Shown here piece after piece: positions 41,883-57,425 of a stretch of 64,000 nt of DNA (within the stretch, counting starts at the first letter, position 1; each line of letters starts with the position of its first letter). Position numbers and translations under genes: made by a program. The notes beneath the pieces were generated by a model. That model saw nothing but the letters and a program-made list of their open reading frames with translations, ran no database searches and was not told where the DNA came from. Location of the stretch: contig OZ024743.1 in the NCBI GenBank assembly GCA_964016885.1, positions 178,870,001-178,934,000 on the forward strand, written 5' to 3'. This stretch comes from Eledone cirrhosa (Eukaryota).

Positions 41883-44800
41883 TTTTCTCTTTCTCTTAAT
41901 TTTGAGTATATTTTTTTGACCGGCCACCTTCCTGGTGGCAAGGTTGTAAAAGAAAAGAAATTGTCATCCCTTGAATCGCAAGAATGTTTTGCAAATTCTG
42001 AAGGTGCCAGCTATCGCAGCCATTTGTAGACTATGAATTAGGGAGCTGCGCTTTTTGTCCGCAAATCCAAGTTCAGTCATACTTTGGTCCAAGCGAGTTG
42101 GTATATAACCCGTAGCACCAATAATGATGGGTATGAAGCTAAAGGTGTATCTTGGATACTGGATTTGTAAACTCCTCATCAATGGTCCGTAGATGTCCTC
42201 CTTCTCCTGTATTTTTCTGACAACGTTTACATCAAGTGGGCAGCTGATCTCCACAACAGAACACGTTTTCAATGTGTGGTCCCAAACTACAATATCAGGC
42301 CGGTTGTGCTTTAATTTGGTGGCAGTTTTTACTTTCAGGTTCCACCAGTATTCCTTAGTGCCATCTGTCTCAATATATTCTTCTTCGTTTGTTGTTAATT
42401 TTGTTTTCCGAAGTGCGTTCCAGATGGTTCTAGCTATCCCATCGTGTCTCATGGGGAGGTAGTAGCGAGATGACATTCTTTCGCAGCTGGCAAAAATGTG
42501 GCTTACATCCTCGATCTTTGTTTTACATAGCCTACATTTATTGTCAGCTGCTGGCCCTCCTCTTTTGTGCAGCAGATATTTGGTAGGGAGTTCTTGTTCC
42601 TGTATTGCATAGAGATATCCCTCAAGGTGTGATGTCATAAACTTGTCGGAACTCCATGCCAGGCTTTTTGAGTGGTTTATCCCCTCTATGGTCTGTGTTT
42701 TACGCCTCAAGTATCCATGCACAACTTTTTCTGTAAATTGGTCAATTTTTTTTTTCTTGTTTGAACATTGAATAGGATCTTCCGATTTCTCTGGGTGAGA
42801 GATTTATATCAGGCTTTATTCCATATCTCTCCTCCAGATCAGTCGCTATTCTAATGATATTTCTTTTTTCATGGTCATAAACCTGGGCAAGATGGTTGCC
42901 AACCTTTTTCCTCTGTTGAAGGTGTTGCTTCAGTGTCACTATCCGGGTCTCATATGTTGTTAATATTGATTTTAGACCCCGGCCACCTTTCTAGCGTGAG
43001 AAGTATAGCCTATCCACATCACCATTGATGTTAAAGTTCCCAGTAACACTGAGAAGTTTTCGAGTTCTAACATCCATCTCACTTAGTTCTTGCAATGACC
43101 AGTTCAGTAGGCCAAATGTTGGCGTTAGAATTGGCACAGCATAAGTATTGTGGGCAATGTATTTGTTGTATGCTGACAGTTCTGATGACCATATTTTCTT
43201 TACTCTTCTGAGGTATTCAGTTCTGGTTCTCTCTTTATTTATGGGTCCATCATATCTGACATTCTCATCCTGTCCAAGATATCTGTAGTTTTCACCTGAC
43301 TGCAGAGGTTGTATTGTCAGGCCGTTCATCTCTAGATTTCTAGAGGAGGACACAGCTCTTCCACGTTTTACTGCCAAATATGCACACTTGGACTCACCAA
43401 ATTTCATTTTGATGTCGGTTGAAAATTGTGTAATGAGGTCCAATTGTTTCTTGATGTCATTGATATTTGGCCCATACAACTTCAGGTCATCAACAAAGAA
43501 AAGATGGGAGATACTTCTGGTCCCACTTCTTTGTCCACCTTGTTTCCTGAGTAGGTAAGATAGTGGATTCAGTGAGAGAACGAAGAGTAGCACTGACAAG
43601 CTATCACCCTGAAAGATGCCCTTCTGGTAATGTATCTTATCAGTCTTAACCTGCTCCTTCTCACCTCTAAGGATCAAACTGGTGTACCAGTTCTTGGTCA
43701 GGCGTTCAACAGCAGCTACCAATGGTTGTGGGACTTTAGCTAACTGTAAAGCCTTAACAATCCACCCATGAGGTACACTATCAAATGCTTTTTGATTGTC
43801 CAGCCACACGACAGTCATGTTTCTGCGATTCTTTGTTGTTTTTTCCTGAATCATTTTGTTAGTTAGTAGGTGATCTATGCAACCCCACACCTCCCTCTTT
43901 CTACCAGCTTGCTCAGGTGTTATGATGTTGTTGGTAGCACAGTGATCCTGTAAGAACAGGTTAAGGCACCCAGTATATAATTTATACATGATGTTTTGGC
44001 AGGCAATTGGACGGTAATTTTTAGCAAGGGTGGTTTGGCTATTTTGGGGAATGAGGAGAGTAGAGGCAGTTGATAACCATCTGGGCAGTTCTTGTGTGCC
44101 CTTAATGGTTTCTGTAAACAGCCGTATGAGATCTTGCCGATAGAAAGTGAAATTCTTCAACCAGTATCCTGTAATGAGGTCTGGGCCTGGCGATTTCCTA
44201 TTCGACATTTTCTGTAGAGCTGTTTCCAGTATTGACCCATCTATGTCATATTGTTTTGTCTGGACATGTTGGCAGTAGTCCTGTTCCAGTTCTTTTAGCC
44301 AATTAGCTTGTCTGTTGAATCCGTCATCCGTTTCCCATACAGATCTCCAGTAGCTCTCAACCTGTTCTTTTGAAGGGGTGTCATTTACAGAGATTGAGCT
44401 TTTGCCACCGAAGCTGCGATAAACTGATTTAGGATCTCTGGCAAACAATCTATTTAGCACTTGTCGTTTATGACGACTGCGATGTGTGAGATACTTCGTC
44501 TCAGGGACAAAATTTTGGTTTTTAAATTTCGCATCCACTCTGGTTCAGGCTTTCTGTTTGTATCTTGATTGCGTGGTTTTAGATGTGTGTTATATGATAG
44601 CAATCTGACAGCTGAAACATATAACAAAACATTAAGCGTTTCAAATGTCGTTTCTACACCTTTAGATCGTATAGCCTTCAGATAATTGCCAGCTATTTCG
44701 TTCACCGCTTCCAATTCCAATTTAGTGGGTTCTTTACTGATTCTGGTGTTGTATGGTCTGTCACTCACATTAAGGCTGTGTATCTCTTGAAACATATCAT

Positions 44801-45852
44801 TCCATATCACTTGTAGGGAGCCCACAAGTTTTTGGTGCTCTGTTTGTTCAGTAGAGTCATGAATTTCAGCCTCGTTGTTGATGTGGTGACAATTACTACT
44901 AGAGTCAGCTGACCTTTCTCGCTGTTCTTCAGTGGAAGTGGGATGAATTTCAGCAAAATTGTTGGTGAGCTGTTCACTGTTAGATTTAGCTGGCCATTCT
45001 CTTTGTCTGTCAGTGGAGGTGGGGAGGTTGTCTACAAGGGCTGTATTTGTAGTATCACTCGATTCCGTTAGATGTATCAATTTACATCTAATGATACGTT
45101 TTGCCTGTTCATTTAAATGCTTTGGAGAAAAGTCTAATTCTCGGTGTTTGGAGTTCCATAAAGTTTTTAGCCTTTGCATAAAACCGAACTTTTGGGGTTC
45201 AGATTGTTTGTATGCTTCATATAATACTTTGTTAAGCTCGTAGCTCCACTGTGTACAACGGTTGTAATTGCGATTTGGTCGAAGGAGACTTGTACTTTTT
45301 GCCATGATGAGTTCGTCTATTCACTAATATTTCGTGTTTATTTTTCAAAATAGTCGATGATCTTCTTTAACAGTTACGACAAGTTCTGTCAGAATCAAAT
45401 TTAAAGTTATTCATAGCTTGAGTAATATTTCTTTTCAGTTAGTTTTTAATTCTACAACTGTGTTTTAAACGTTGCTCTTGAATCGTTTGAATCGAGAACA
45501 AAAAGAACCGTTACTTAGTATATTCCTTTATGAATGTAATATAATATAACAACGCTGTATTTATATGTTAAAGTTTATGTATCATTCATATAAATATGTG
45601 TTCTACAACCTATTCACAACATATTCACAGTTCAAACACTTATATTTTTGTTTCTGAATCGAAAACGTTACTTGTATATTTCTTTATAAATGTAATATAA
45701 CAACGTTGCATTTATATGTTAAAGTGTATGTATCGTTCATATATCATAAGTGTATGTATCGTTCATATAAATAGGTGTTTTACAACACACTTACAGTTCA
45801 AACACTTATGTAGAATTATTGTATGTAATCTTACCGCGTAATGTAGCTCATT
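41883..45852 (-). mobile_element. Near full-length R4/Dong-like LINE, family B (inactivated)
   Basis: ORF pieces 44454-45305 (Myb-like), 42991-44538 (YRPIAC, KAFDSVPH, GIFQGDSLS, FVDDLK), 41964-42722 (CCHC, RLE); TAG at 42991; (TACA)n flanks; 5' boundary approximate. Confidence 0.9.
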
Positions 45853-45945
45853 GTATGTATGTATGTATGTATGTATGTATGTATGTATGTATGTATGTAT
45901 GTATGTATGTATGTATGTATGTACGTATGTATGTATGTATGTATG

Positions 45946-48900
45946 TTCTTCTGGTTTTATAATTTCACAAAGTTTTACCAATAGAGAGAGAGTCGGTTTC
46001 TAACATAGACACAAGACTTTCTCATTGGAATTTACACAACATCAACTAGGTAGATATGTATGTATGCATGCATGTGTAGATATGGATGTTATTGTATGTG
46101 TGGATCTGGATGTTTTGAGTTGTATGTGTGCATGTGTATATGCTTTGTATCTGTACATGTGTATATGCAGTTATTAGATGCAACATTTTTGGAATGTTTT
46201 ACATATTTTTACTGTTCCATTAATGGATTGTACTTGTAATTTCCCAACTAGTCCTGGGAAGCCTAGCTTCCCAAGATTTGTATTGAGGCAGTTACTAACA
46301 TATCCCAGTGCCCCAATAATTACAGGCATAAATCTGAAGGTGTAATCAGGGTGGAGTATCTGCAGATTTCTCATCAGTTCTGCATAAATATTCTCCTTTT
46401 CACTAATCTTTGATATTATATTGGCATCTGATGGGCAGCTAATTTCCACTACTGTGCATGTTTTCTTCTCCCTGTCCCATATCATAATATCTGGTCTGTT
46501 ATGCCTGCATTTTATTGGGGTTTTTACTGGAACATTCCACCAGTACTCTTTCATATTATGTACATGGATGTCTTCCACATTGTTGTAGCTTTTAATGTGT
46601 TTATTATCGGGGCTATCCATTTTACGAACTGTATTGCCACTGCATGATGCCTCATAGGTAAATAGTACCGCGATGACATATTTGGGCAGCTGCTGATGAC
46701 ATGGGTGATATCCACGATGTTAGTTCTGCAGATTCTGCACTTGTTATCACATCTAGGTGTTTTGCCTGCATCCCTATCTCTTTTGTGAATCAGGTATTTC
46801 GTGCTAATCTCCTGTTCTTGGATTGCAAAAGCGTATCCTTCAAAGTGGGAGCCAATATAGCGGTTGTTGGTCCAAGATAGACTACTTTCCTTATCTATAT
46901 TACTCTCACTCTGGAGCTTCCTGGCAACATATCCATGCATGATTTTTTGCTGATAGGCATGCAGTTTTTCATCCATGGATTCACTGCGATACTGCTGAGC
47001 GACATCCATGCTGAGCTCCTGCTGAGATACTGCTGAGCTCCTACGCTTCGAGGTTCGTAGATGTTGTCGGAGAGATATGATGCGACATTCAAATGTTGTC
47101 TGGACTGATGTTAGGCCTCTGCCTCCCTGATTACGTTTCAAGTAAAGGCGGTCTATGTCATTGTTGATGGGGAAGTTCCGGTGTTGTTCAGTATTTTTCG
47201 AGTTCCAACATCAACTGCTCGGATTTCGTCTATCGTCCAATTGAGTATTCCAAACGTTGGTGTTAGGACAGGCACAGCAAACACATTGTAAGACACTGTT
47301 TTGTTTTGCGCAGAGAGTTCCGATGACCAGATCTTTCTTAATCGGGTGTAGTATTCCCTGGTTACGCGTTCTTTATTACAGATACCATTATAGGATATGT
47401 TCTCATCTATCCCCAGGTATCTGTAGCAGTCCTCATCAGATATCGGTTAAACAGTAAGACCATTGATGACAATGTTGCTAGATTGGGTTGTTGTTTTTCC
47501 CCGCTTTACAGTCATGTATGAGCATTTATCTTGGCCAAACTCCATACTTATATCCTTTGGGAACGTTGTAACCAGGTCAAGATTTTTCTTCATCCCATCC
47601 ATAGTCTTGGCATAGAGTTTCAGATCGTCCACAAATAAGTTATGGGTTAGGTTCGTATTTCTGTCCTCCTGTGAGCCAATGATGTATCCCTCACATTTCT
47701 TGAGCAGAAAGGACAAGGTGTTTAATGACAAGATGAACAATATCACAGAGAGATTGTCCCCCTGAAATATACCCCTGCAATATTTTATTTTATCAGTGAA
47801 AATAATCCTCCTTCTCTGTCTTTAACCTTAGGATAGTATCCCAAGAAGAAGACAGCCTCTCTATGGCTCTGACAATAATGTCTGGGACTTTAGCAAGTTG
47901 GAGGGCCTTTATCATCCAAGAGTGGGGAACAGAATCGAAAGCTCTCTTGTAGTCCAGCCAGACTGTAGTCATATTCCTCCTAAGTTGTCGCACCTCTGAC
48001 ATCGCAGTTTTGTTGATTAGGAGTTGTTCAGCACATCCCCAAACCCTTTTCTTTCCAGCTGCTTGTTCATCTGTGATGATGTTATTATTTTCACAGTGAT
48101 CTTGGAGGAATAGGTTGAGGCAGGCTGTATACATCTTATACATCAGGTTCCGGCATGCAATGGGTCGGTAGTTTTTTGCCAAGTTGGTGTCTCTGTTCTT
48201 GGGGACCAGTAACGTTTGTGTTAATGTCAACCATTCTGGTATAAGTGTATCTCCCTTAAGAACTTGTTGTAGAGGTCAGTAAGATACCTCGGATAGAATA
48301 TTAGTTTTTTGTACCAGTAGCCGACACTCATGTCTCTTCCTGGTGTTTTCTTATCTTGGAGTTTTTCTATCACAGTCTGAAGGGTACCCTCACTTATTTC
48401 GTATGTTTTTGTTGTAGTGTAGGAGCAATAGTTCTTTCGGATTTCTCTTAGCCACACTGCATCTTGGTTGAAATTTTCTTTTCACCCCATATTTTTCTTC
48501 AAAAGGAATCTATGTCTTTCTGGGATGGTGCCTCAGTGACACTTATTAATTTGCCCTTCATATCTCTATAGACTGATGTTTGGTTTCGTCTGAATCTTTT
48601 ATTAAGCATTTTTCTCTCATCTACCTTCTTCAGGTATCGGCGTTTTGCGCTAACAGCTCTCAATTCTTGTTTGAGGGTGATCAGCTTATATTGGAGAGTT
48701 CTGGTTCTACTGTTACCAAACATCGTCCCTATTTTATTTTTCACTCTTTGTTGGTGAGGAGTGAGGTTTTTTTGTGTTTGTTTGCATGTAAGGAGCATTA
48801 TCACATGTCCTATGTTTTTTCGTAGGTCAGCACTCTTTTTTTCTATTTTAGTTATATATGATGGTATTTTTGGTGGTGTTTTGTTCTTGTTAATATCTCT

Positions 48901-49093
48901 GCTATCACCAAGATAATGCTTCACTCTCATTGCTAAGGCATATAAACAGGCGTTGATTTGCCAAAATGTTGGGGTTTTTATCCGTCGTAAACATTCATCC
49001 CCTATTTCGTCAATAACACTTAGTATTTCATTATTTGGTTTTTTATTCACCATTGTCATTTTAACACAGTCAGCCAGAGAGATATTTATACAT
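45946..49093 (-). mobile_element. 5'-truncated Dong-like family A copy
   Basis: Collinear with 16245-19404; retains RPDIMIWD..VVEISCP; (TACA)n at both ends. Confidence 0.92.
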
Positions 49094-49339
49094 GTATGTA
49101 TTTATGTATGTATGTATGTATGTATGTATGTATGTATGTATGTATGGACGATTTCTTCTATCCTGAGCTGGATTTGTCAACTACTTAAAGTCACACGAGC
49201 CAGGGAGAAATTGAGCCACTTGCGAGATATTTCTACCACCACACCCTCCGCGTTAAATTTGCAGTGAGTGTAACTTAATTTGCATTTCAGTGGGTGTACT
49301 GACCAGACATGGTAAAATGCATGAAGACACCCCACCCCC

Positions 49340-49505
49340 ACCCCAATCCGTATTGCCAGGAGACAGACAGTTCAAGTGTCACATCTGCGAACGTGCTTGC
49401 AAAACAAAAGCGGGTCTGAAAAGTCACCTGCGTGAAAAGTCACCATGATCGTGCAATGTTCAATGAAGGGATGTCACTCTTCTGACAATAAGTAGCAACC
49501 AATAT
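49340..49505 (+). pseudogene. RTE LINE C-terminal zinc-finger relic
   Basis: FKCHICERACKTKAGLKSHLR followed by a short 3' UTR and a TATG-like tail. Confidence 0.6.
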
Positions 49506-49947
49506 GTATATATGTATGAATGGATGGGTGTAAATCTCTCGCCGGATTCAAAAGTCAGATAATCTCACGTTCGTAGGAACAATCAGTTATACGTCAACCC
49601 GTCAGCAATGGTCATGCTTGTCTAACGAATAGACATATATACTTATATGTATACAGCTTTCAGCCTGAGCCCGCTTGACAACTAGATAGGAAAATAAAGC
49701 TAATTAGCCCATCTAAATAGGCGAAAAAACTATATATTCTCGCCTTTTTCAAATTCCAGCAGAAAGTAGAGCGGTAAAGCACTTTCCTTATCACGGCCAG
49801 AGCCAGAAACGAGTTGGTTGTTGTCCCTCGCTGTTTCCGCTGGAATCTGCTAGACGGCGCTTGACGCCAGCTTTTCAATATTCATAGATAAAAGGCTTGC
49901 CAAATGTTTATTCGTAAACATACCATATATCATTAGATATACAAAAT

Positions 49948-49982
<35 letters not shown>

Positions 49983-50009
49983 CATACATACATACGTACA
50001 TACATACAT

Positions 50010-50362
50010 GATGGCTGCCCCCCCCTCGTTATCGAGTATGGCTATTGTACGCTATACCATTATTAATAATTATTAATTAATTCTATCGTGCAATGCCTGT
50101 GCGTGAAGATTTCTTTTAAAGTGAGGAAAGACTGTGCACTGAGCCAATCCTACTCTCTGAGCGATAGCAACTATAACCTGAAAAGAAGAAAATATCAACA
50201 TCATCGGTAACTACTGAGCCAAAGGTTTTATGCCGGAGTTATCCCAGTTTCCTTAGTTGCCTTCTCCTATAAAAAATGTCTTGACAAAATTAGGGGTCCT
50301 TCACTCCCAGTGGTTTAACCGCGCAATCGGGTATCCAGCCCGACTATTTCTATGTCCCCGCG
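50010..50362 (-). mobile_element. RTE-derived family 2, 3' part
   Basis: Reverse complement of ~36620-36939. Confidence 0.72.
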
Positions 50363-50417
50363 CATATACATACACATGCACATACATATATACATATGTA
50401 CATGTGTATACATACAT

Positions 50418-50716
50418 GGTGGCTGCCAACTCGTTTTCGAGTACGGCCACTACTTTATATCCATGTAGGAGAACCCCTACCGAAGCGCTGAACGAGTGTG
50501 ACTTTTTAGTCCAGCCAGCGACTTGAAAACTCTGGTACAAACACTACACTTGTGACAATTATTGACACATAGTGCTGGGCCCATGGTACCATGTGACGAG
50601 AAGTGCAGAGAGATCTCCAGATATAAAGTAATGCCTATGCCTATGCCGTAAAGATTTTATAGTGAGCAAAGGAACTGCACAAAGCCAGTCCCACTCTCTT
50701 AACCAAGATGATATTT
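50418..50716 (-). mobile_element. RTE-derived family 1, 3' part
   Basis: Reverse complement of ~22455-22748. Confidence 0.78.
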
Positions 50717-50742
50717 ACATACATACATACATACCAAGATGA

Positions 50743-50776
<34 letters not shown>

Positions 50777-51714
50777 CATACATACATACATACATACATA
50801 CATACATACATACATACATACATACATACATACATACGTATGTATATATATGTGCGTGTGTGTCCCACATTTTTGTCGCAGCTGTGAAGATATCAATAGT
50901 TTGATTTTCAAACTTTCCAAAGGGAAGTATGTTTGAGAAGAAAATAAAGCAATGATTCCCAAATGAATGCCAGAATGTCTGAAACTCTGCTTGTTGACGG
51001 AGTAGTTCTGTCTACAAATACGAACATTCTATTGAACGGTCATTTAGTGTGATTAACGTACTCTTATCCTTAAGGAGTTTGTTTCGTTGTCAGGATATTC
51101 TGGTGTGAAAAAATATCTTCTTTCTTATAGCCTAATAATTAATAGTAAAAGTGACATTTGAAAAACTTTAACAGCTGCGCTTCTTTCTTCAACAAATATT
51201 TGAATATAATATATTTAGGAGAAGATAATGTGAAAATTATGACGTTCAGGCATTCCTTATATTTGTATATAATATATTTCGCATATATTTATCTTGTATA
51301 TAATATATTTCACATCTACATATTTTTTTTAAAACATATATCTCCTATATTTCTCTTGTATATGATATATTTATGATTTGATCATAATAGGAGAAGACAA
51401 TACGAATATTGTATATAATATATTTCACATATATTTCTCTTGTATATCTTCTATATATTTGTATGTAATACATTAATGGCTTGATCTTTGTAGAAGACAA
51501 TGCGAATATTATGACATTTACGTCTTCCTCATCTACATATGAAATGTATCTCAATATATTTATTTTGGTTATCTTCAACCTGGCATTACAAACACGTTGT
51601 AAACTGGTCTATAAAGGAGAGTTATGGACGGTCATCGTGTTAGATATAGTTGTTATAACACCACAGCACCTCTATAGATAAAAAAGAAGAATGCATTTTC
51701 TAATATCAATCAAG

Positions 51715-52107
51715 TTACTTGACATGGCCATCTTCTCGTAACGCGGTGGTAAACCCCTCATCTGGGAGGCCACGTGAAGCGACATATTTTCCAGCGGCAA
51801 CTTGGTACAGTCTGCAACTAATCCAGAATCTGCTGCACTTCGGGCCGAGGAGAGTAAACTCTCCAAATATCGGTCGCTCTCTGACAGGTTTGCGCTCGAG
51901 CCCGTAGCTGTGGAAAGTTCGGGTGTCCTTGGCCCTAGGACCACTTTCCTACTCCCCACCATCGGCACAGATTTGGCTACACATAGGTGTGAGGCTTGCA
52001 AGCTGGAATTTGTCTCCCAACGCGTCTCCCTTACCATCCCCCGAGGAAACTCTTTTTCTATTCTGTCCGCCGGCACGGCCAGCGCCTGGGCTTCCATTCG
52101 TATATAA
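51715..52107 (+). pseudogene. CRE-clade non-LTR retrotransposon RLE-domain relic
   Basis: GKPLIWEAT..D, AALRAEESKLSKY, EPVAVESSGVLG, SQRVSLTIPRGNSFSIL match the CRE C-terminal pattern. Confidence 0.75.
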
Positions 52108-52703
52108 TAGAGAGAGATGGGGAGAGTGAGAGAGACGGATGCAGTGAGTGAACGAGAAAGAACATCAACACACATACGCGCTTGATAAGAACAGAACTGT
52201 AAACTATTTAGATACTCCCAAGAGAAGAGGATGACACGGCACCTATGCCTCTCATCATGAATAATCTGGAAAACCTTTTAACTGCGACTAACCAACCGCG
52301 GCAATCATTTTAGGGTGGTATATATTTTCTGTCAACTTCACTCTTAACAAATTGTTAACTTATTTAAATATACATAATTTTCTCTGTTAAATTATGAAAG
52401 AAATATATTGGTTGGTGGGTGGTTAATATATGGCTTATTGTGTTAGGGGAGGGATAATGGGACATTCTATCGTTAATGTCATTAATTTACAAAGAACATT
52501 ATAGTATAAGTGAAATGTCTTCAAATCAGAAAACCCTTTTCTCGACGGCTGTCTCTACACTCTGAACCACATACCACCTCAATGTATACATTTGTATAGC
52601 AGGGATGCTGACAAGTTCCCGGTTTTAAGGTTATGGAGAAAGGGTAGATCGGTTACCTTTGCAGGGGAACTTTTCAGCGCAACCTCGTACGTGTGTATGT
52701 TTA

Positions 52704-52744
<41 letters not shown>

Positions 52745-52754
52745 TATTATATAT

Positions 52755-52826
<72 letters not shown>

Positions 52827-52936
52827 TATATATATATAATATTTTATATATATATATATACATATATATACATATATATATATATAATATTTAATATATA
52901 TATATATATATATACATATATACATATATATATATA

Positions 52937-53750
<814 letters not shown>

Positions 53751-53751
<1 letters not shown>

Positions 53752-54783
53752 GGAACCAGTAAGACCCCGACAGCTGAGCTCAAGCCGTTTCGACGGCTAA
53801 TTCTGGACTAAATGAAAATTTATCCTGGTATTTAAATAGCCGATCTTCTCAAGGGGTAATTCCATATATGGTCAAAGTGATTGTCAAAAATCAGTAGTAA
53901 TTCTGTGGTTGCAAATTAGTTTAGGGAGATGGTGGCTAAACCTGCCAGTAGGAGAAAGAGGGGAGGGGGTGGAGTAGACCCAATCAAGCGTTGGTAGTGG
54001 CAGCTACAGCTGGGCATGAGGTCAAAGAAGATACAGGGGAGGGGGAGGGGGAGGAAGTAGGAACGGTAGGTAGAACAATGGGGGGTAGAAATATATAGGA
54101 AAGAAAAAATACTGAGAGTGAAGAAAAGCAAATTAGTGTAAAGAAAAAAGTAAAGTAAATTCTACGACCTAGGTCTCTAGCTATTGTTAGGCTAGAATAA
54201 ATAAATAAATAAAGAAAGAAAGAAGTAAAGAAAGAAATAAAGAAATAACGAAATAAGTAAAAGAACTAGGTGGGACGAGTTAGGCAAGGACCCTTTTAAG
54301 AGGTATAAGTACGTAAATGATACGGTGACGGGTCAACAAAAGGGGCCAAAATACTAAAGAGACTACCACGAAATAAACAATAAAGGTTTCCATCCCGGGC
54401 CAGCAACGACCCAGTGCAGCAAAGTGAACTAGTACGAGATAATAATTCTGAGTCCCGAGAAAAATATTTGCTAATGCTAACTCTAAAAGATCTAAAACAA
54501 GCTACATGAAAGTTCGTACGAAGTAAAGGTAGAATACGGAAAAATAAATTCAGAATCCACGCCGCCCAAAAGAAAAGCGAAGAAAGAAATACTGAAACGA
54601 AAAAATAAGGCATAAGTGCCACTAAGAAATATAGAGGGCACAGAGAATAGTGGGAGCGGTCGGAAAAAGGGGACAAGTATCCGGGGTCTAAACCAACTGC
54701 TATAAAGGGCGGAGTCCGCCAAATCTATCATAGACTAGGGGAGGGGGTGGGGGTACTAAGGCTACAAGGGGCCAAAGGGCAGC
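53751..54783 (-). mobile_element. PLE-like relic of the GACCCCGACGG family
   Basis: Same terminus as 7325; strand-biased body; flanked by (TA)n. Confidence 0.65.
53764..53857 (-). ncRNA. Type I hammerhead, U3-A8 variant, extended stem III
   Basis: ACCCC-TTGAGAA-GAtCGGCTA...TAGCCGTC-GAAA-CGGCT tgagctc AGCTG-TC-GGGGT. Confidence 0.72.
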
Positions 54784-54939
54784 TATATATACATATATAT
54801 ATATATAATATATTATTGTAAACATTGATGCAATTCAATTCAAGCACTCAACGTACTTTTTCCACATAGGAGTGACGGAGTAAATATCGAATAAGGAAAA
54901 GCGAAGTAGTTTCAGATGTTCAAGTTCTTTAATAATAAT

Positions 54940-55013
54940 GCTGTGATATATATTTCAATGACGACACTGGCCACACTGTTCTGTGTGCGAGTGTCGTGTC
55001 ATCATCAGACAGC
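54940..55013 (-). ncRNA. Type I hammerhead ribozyme
   Basis: GCTGT-CTGATGA-TGACACGACACT...AGTGTCGTCATT-GAAA-T atat A-TC-ACAGC. Confidence 0.75.
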
Positions 55014-55120
55014 TTGTTACATAATAAGGTTATGTTTCCGAGGCAATCCAAATTGGATCGACAAGGGAACGGATGAATTGCGTAATATATGTATATATAT
55101 ATATATATATACATATATAT

Positions 55121-55203
<83 letters not shown>

Positions 55204-55275
55204 TATTATATATAATATATATATATATATGAAAAAGAATACAAGAGCGTCTACAACATCAAAAGATTTTTATTG

Positions 55276-55320
55276 GCTTACAATGTTTCTTCCTTACGTA
55301 ACCGTAGGATTCGTCAGAGC
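55276..55320 (-). ncRNA. Minimal type I hammerhead ribozyme
   Basis: GCT-CTGACGA-aTCCTACG gtta CGTAaGGAa-GAAA-CATTG-TA-AGC followed by CAATAAA. Confidence 0.65.
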
Positions 55321-56241
55321 TATAAAAGGGGTTTGATTGGTGTTATGGACTCTACCAACCAAACATTCAAGAACAAAGAGTAAAGAGAGTAAAGAGCAAA
55401 AGTAGGGGACGATAAGTCTAATTTTGGTGCGGGAGGGTGGGGGTGTGGGTCCTTGTTTACTAGCTGCGGTCATATTCATTCCCGGGAGTCGGGTGGTTAG
55501 CTGAACCATAGATGGGGTGGCGTCGATAGTATGGTGCAGAGGGTGCGCAGAGGCTACACAAACACAAAGGGCATACAATATATATATATATATAGCGGAG
55601 GAGAAAGTACATGAGGTAATTAGAAATGGAAAAAGAGTAATAATAATAATCTATAATTAATAGTGTATAATAAGGCATGGGGAATATTACACTATAATAA
55701 GGTATAAAAGTAAGATTAAGGTAAAATATAAAGGAGGATAAAAGTGGAAATAATAAAGATAAAAAAATAAAGATAAAAAAATATATAGAGAATATATAAA
55801 GAAATATAAGCGAATATTTGGAGGAGAAAACACAATGTAAAAAAACCGATTTTTTCAAATAATAATAAAAATATAATAATTATGGGGGGAGAAAACGGGA
55901 TAGAGAAATATGATCAAGTGTGATTAGTTGATAGAATATAAGATGATAATAGTTATGTCAAGTTTATACATTTTAATAATAAATAATCTGTGTATCAGAG
56001 TTGCAGAACCTTCAATTCACTTACGGGTTCAAGCCACGTGGCATGGTCCATTGTTTATTTGTGCGATCATGTGCGTTTGTTTTTGACACCACAGCAGATG
56101 CACAAGTTCGTAAATTCCAATGCAGATAGAACTCTATTTTTGCTCACCCGGACATTGACGGAGGATCCAATATTCCTAGTTCAATATGTGTTTGGTGTTA
56201 TTTTGGTCGCACAAATCAATCACTTGGTTCAATATTATGGA

Positions 56242-56372
<131 letters not shown>

Positions 56373-57254
56373 GATAAATCTACCAAAATATACGGTAGTG
56401 TCCACTCCGTATGAAGAACTCAATGTAATCCAAATATCATGAAAAGAGATGTATTCAACATTTTTTTAGATGAAAAACACAGGAAAACAGAGTCAAGATA
56501 AATTAATAAAAAAATAATATATAATATTATAACATACCGTATATCGTTTGTTTTCACCTCTGCACAACTTTGATTAAATTAAATTTCAGCCATGGTCTCT
56601 TCGTGTTTTTAAAGATATGGGAAACATAGCTCTATATTATCTGAAATGTTTCCCCTTTATAAGAAGATAGGATACAGTTTAATGGAAATCTCGCTTCTAC
56701 TTTTCGTAGACTGAGTGATTGTTTAATGACAACATTATCGGAAAAAATATTTCACCTTATTCTCATTTCCCAACTAGAACAGAAAGATCTTCCACAACAC
56801 CTGTTCTGGGGTATCTCATGTCCCAGAATATAAAAAAAATACGTGATATTGTTTCAGGGTGATTTGCTTCCTATTTCTAGTTGTTTGAACAATTGTATTC
56901 GGAACCTCATCATATATACATATATATTCTGGAATGGATGTGATTATTCAAAGGGTTACCAACACGCGTCGACCATTTGAGAGTTACATAGATCTTATTC
57001 CCATTAATTCTGTACTATCCCAAACTTGCTAGTAAAGGCTGCCAAGTATCTAGTAAAGAATACCTTATTATCATACAAAAAAAATAAATAAATAAAAAGA
57101 ACTACATGCTTTGGTATGGTTTAGCTAGATAAGGAAAGATAGAGCCATGACAACCTTTAAACTTTCCAAACTGGTTGATGGAATGAAGTAAGAAATCGTT
57201 AGATAGGAAATTTTGTCCGAATGTTCGTTAAATTCACTCACGTGCACGTCTGAC

Positions 57255-57425
57255 ATCCTTTGAGGCATAGACTTACGGATTTTACGTTCTGAGTTCAAAT
57301 CTCGCCGAGGTTTGCTTTGCCTTTCATCCTTATGGGGTTGATAAAATAAAGTGCCAGTAATACACTGGGGTCGATTTAATCGACTTACCCCTTTCCCAAA
57401 ATTGCTGGCCTTGTGCCTCATTCAG
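57255..57425 (+). mobile_element. Meta-domain SINE
   Basis: GAGTTCAAATCT, TTGCCTTTCATCCTTATGGGGTTGATAAAATAAAGTGCCAG. Confidence 0.78.

Noticed and set aside
49371-49435. Host C2H2 zinc-finger gene
   Set aside because: A single incomplete finger in the pattern typical of RTE ORF C-termini, with no linker or further fingers
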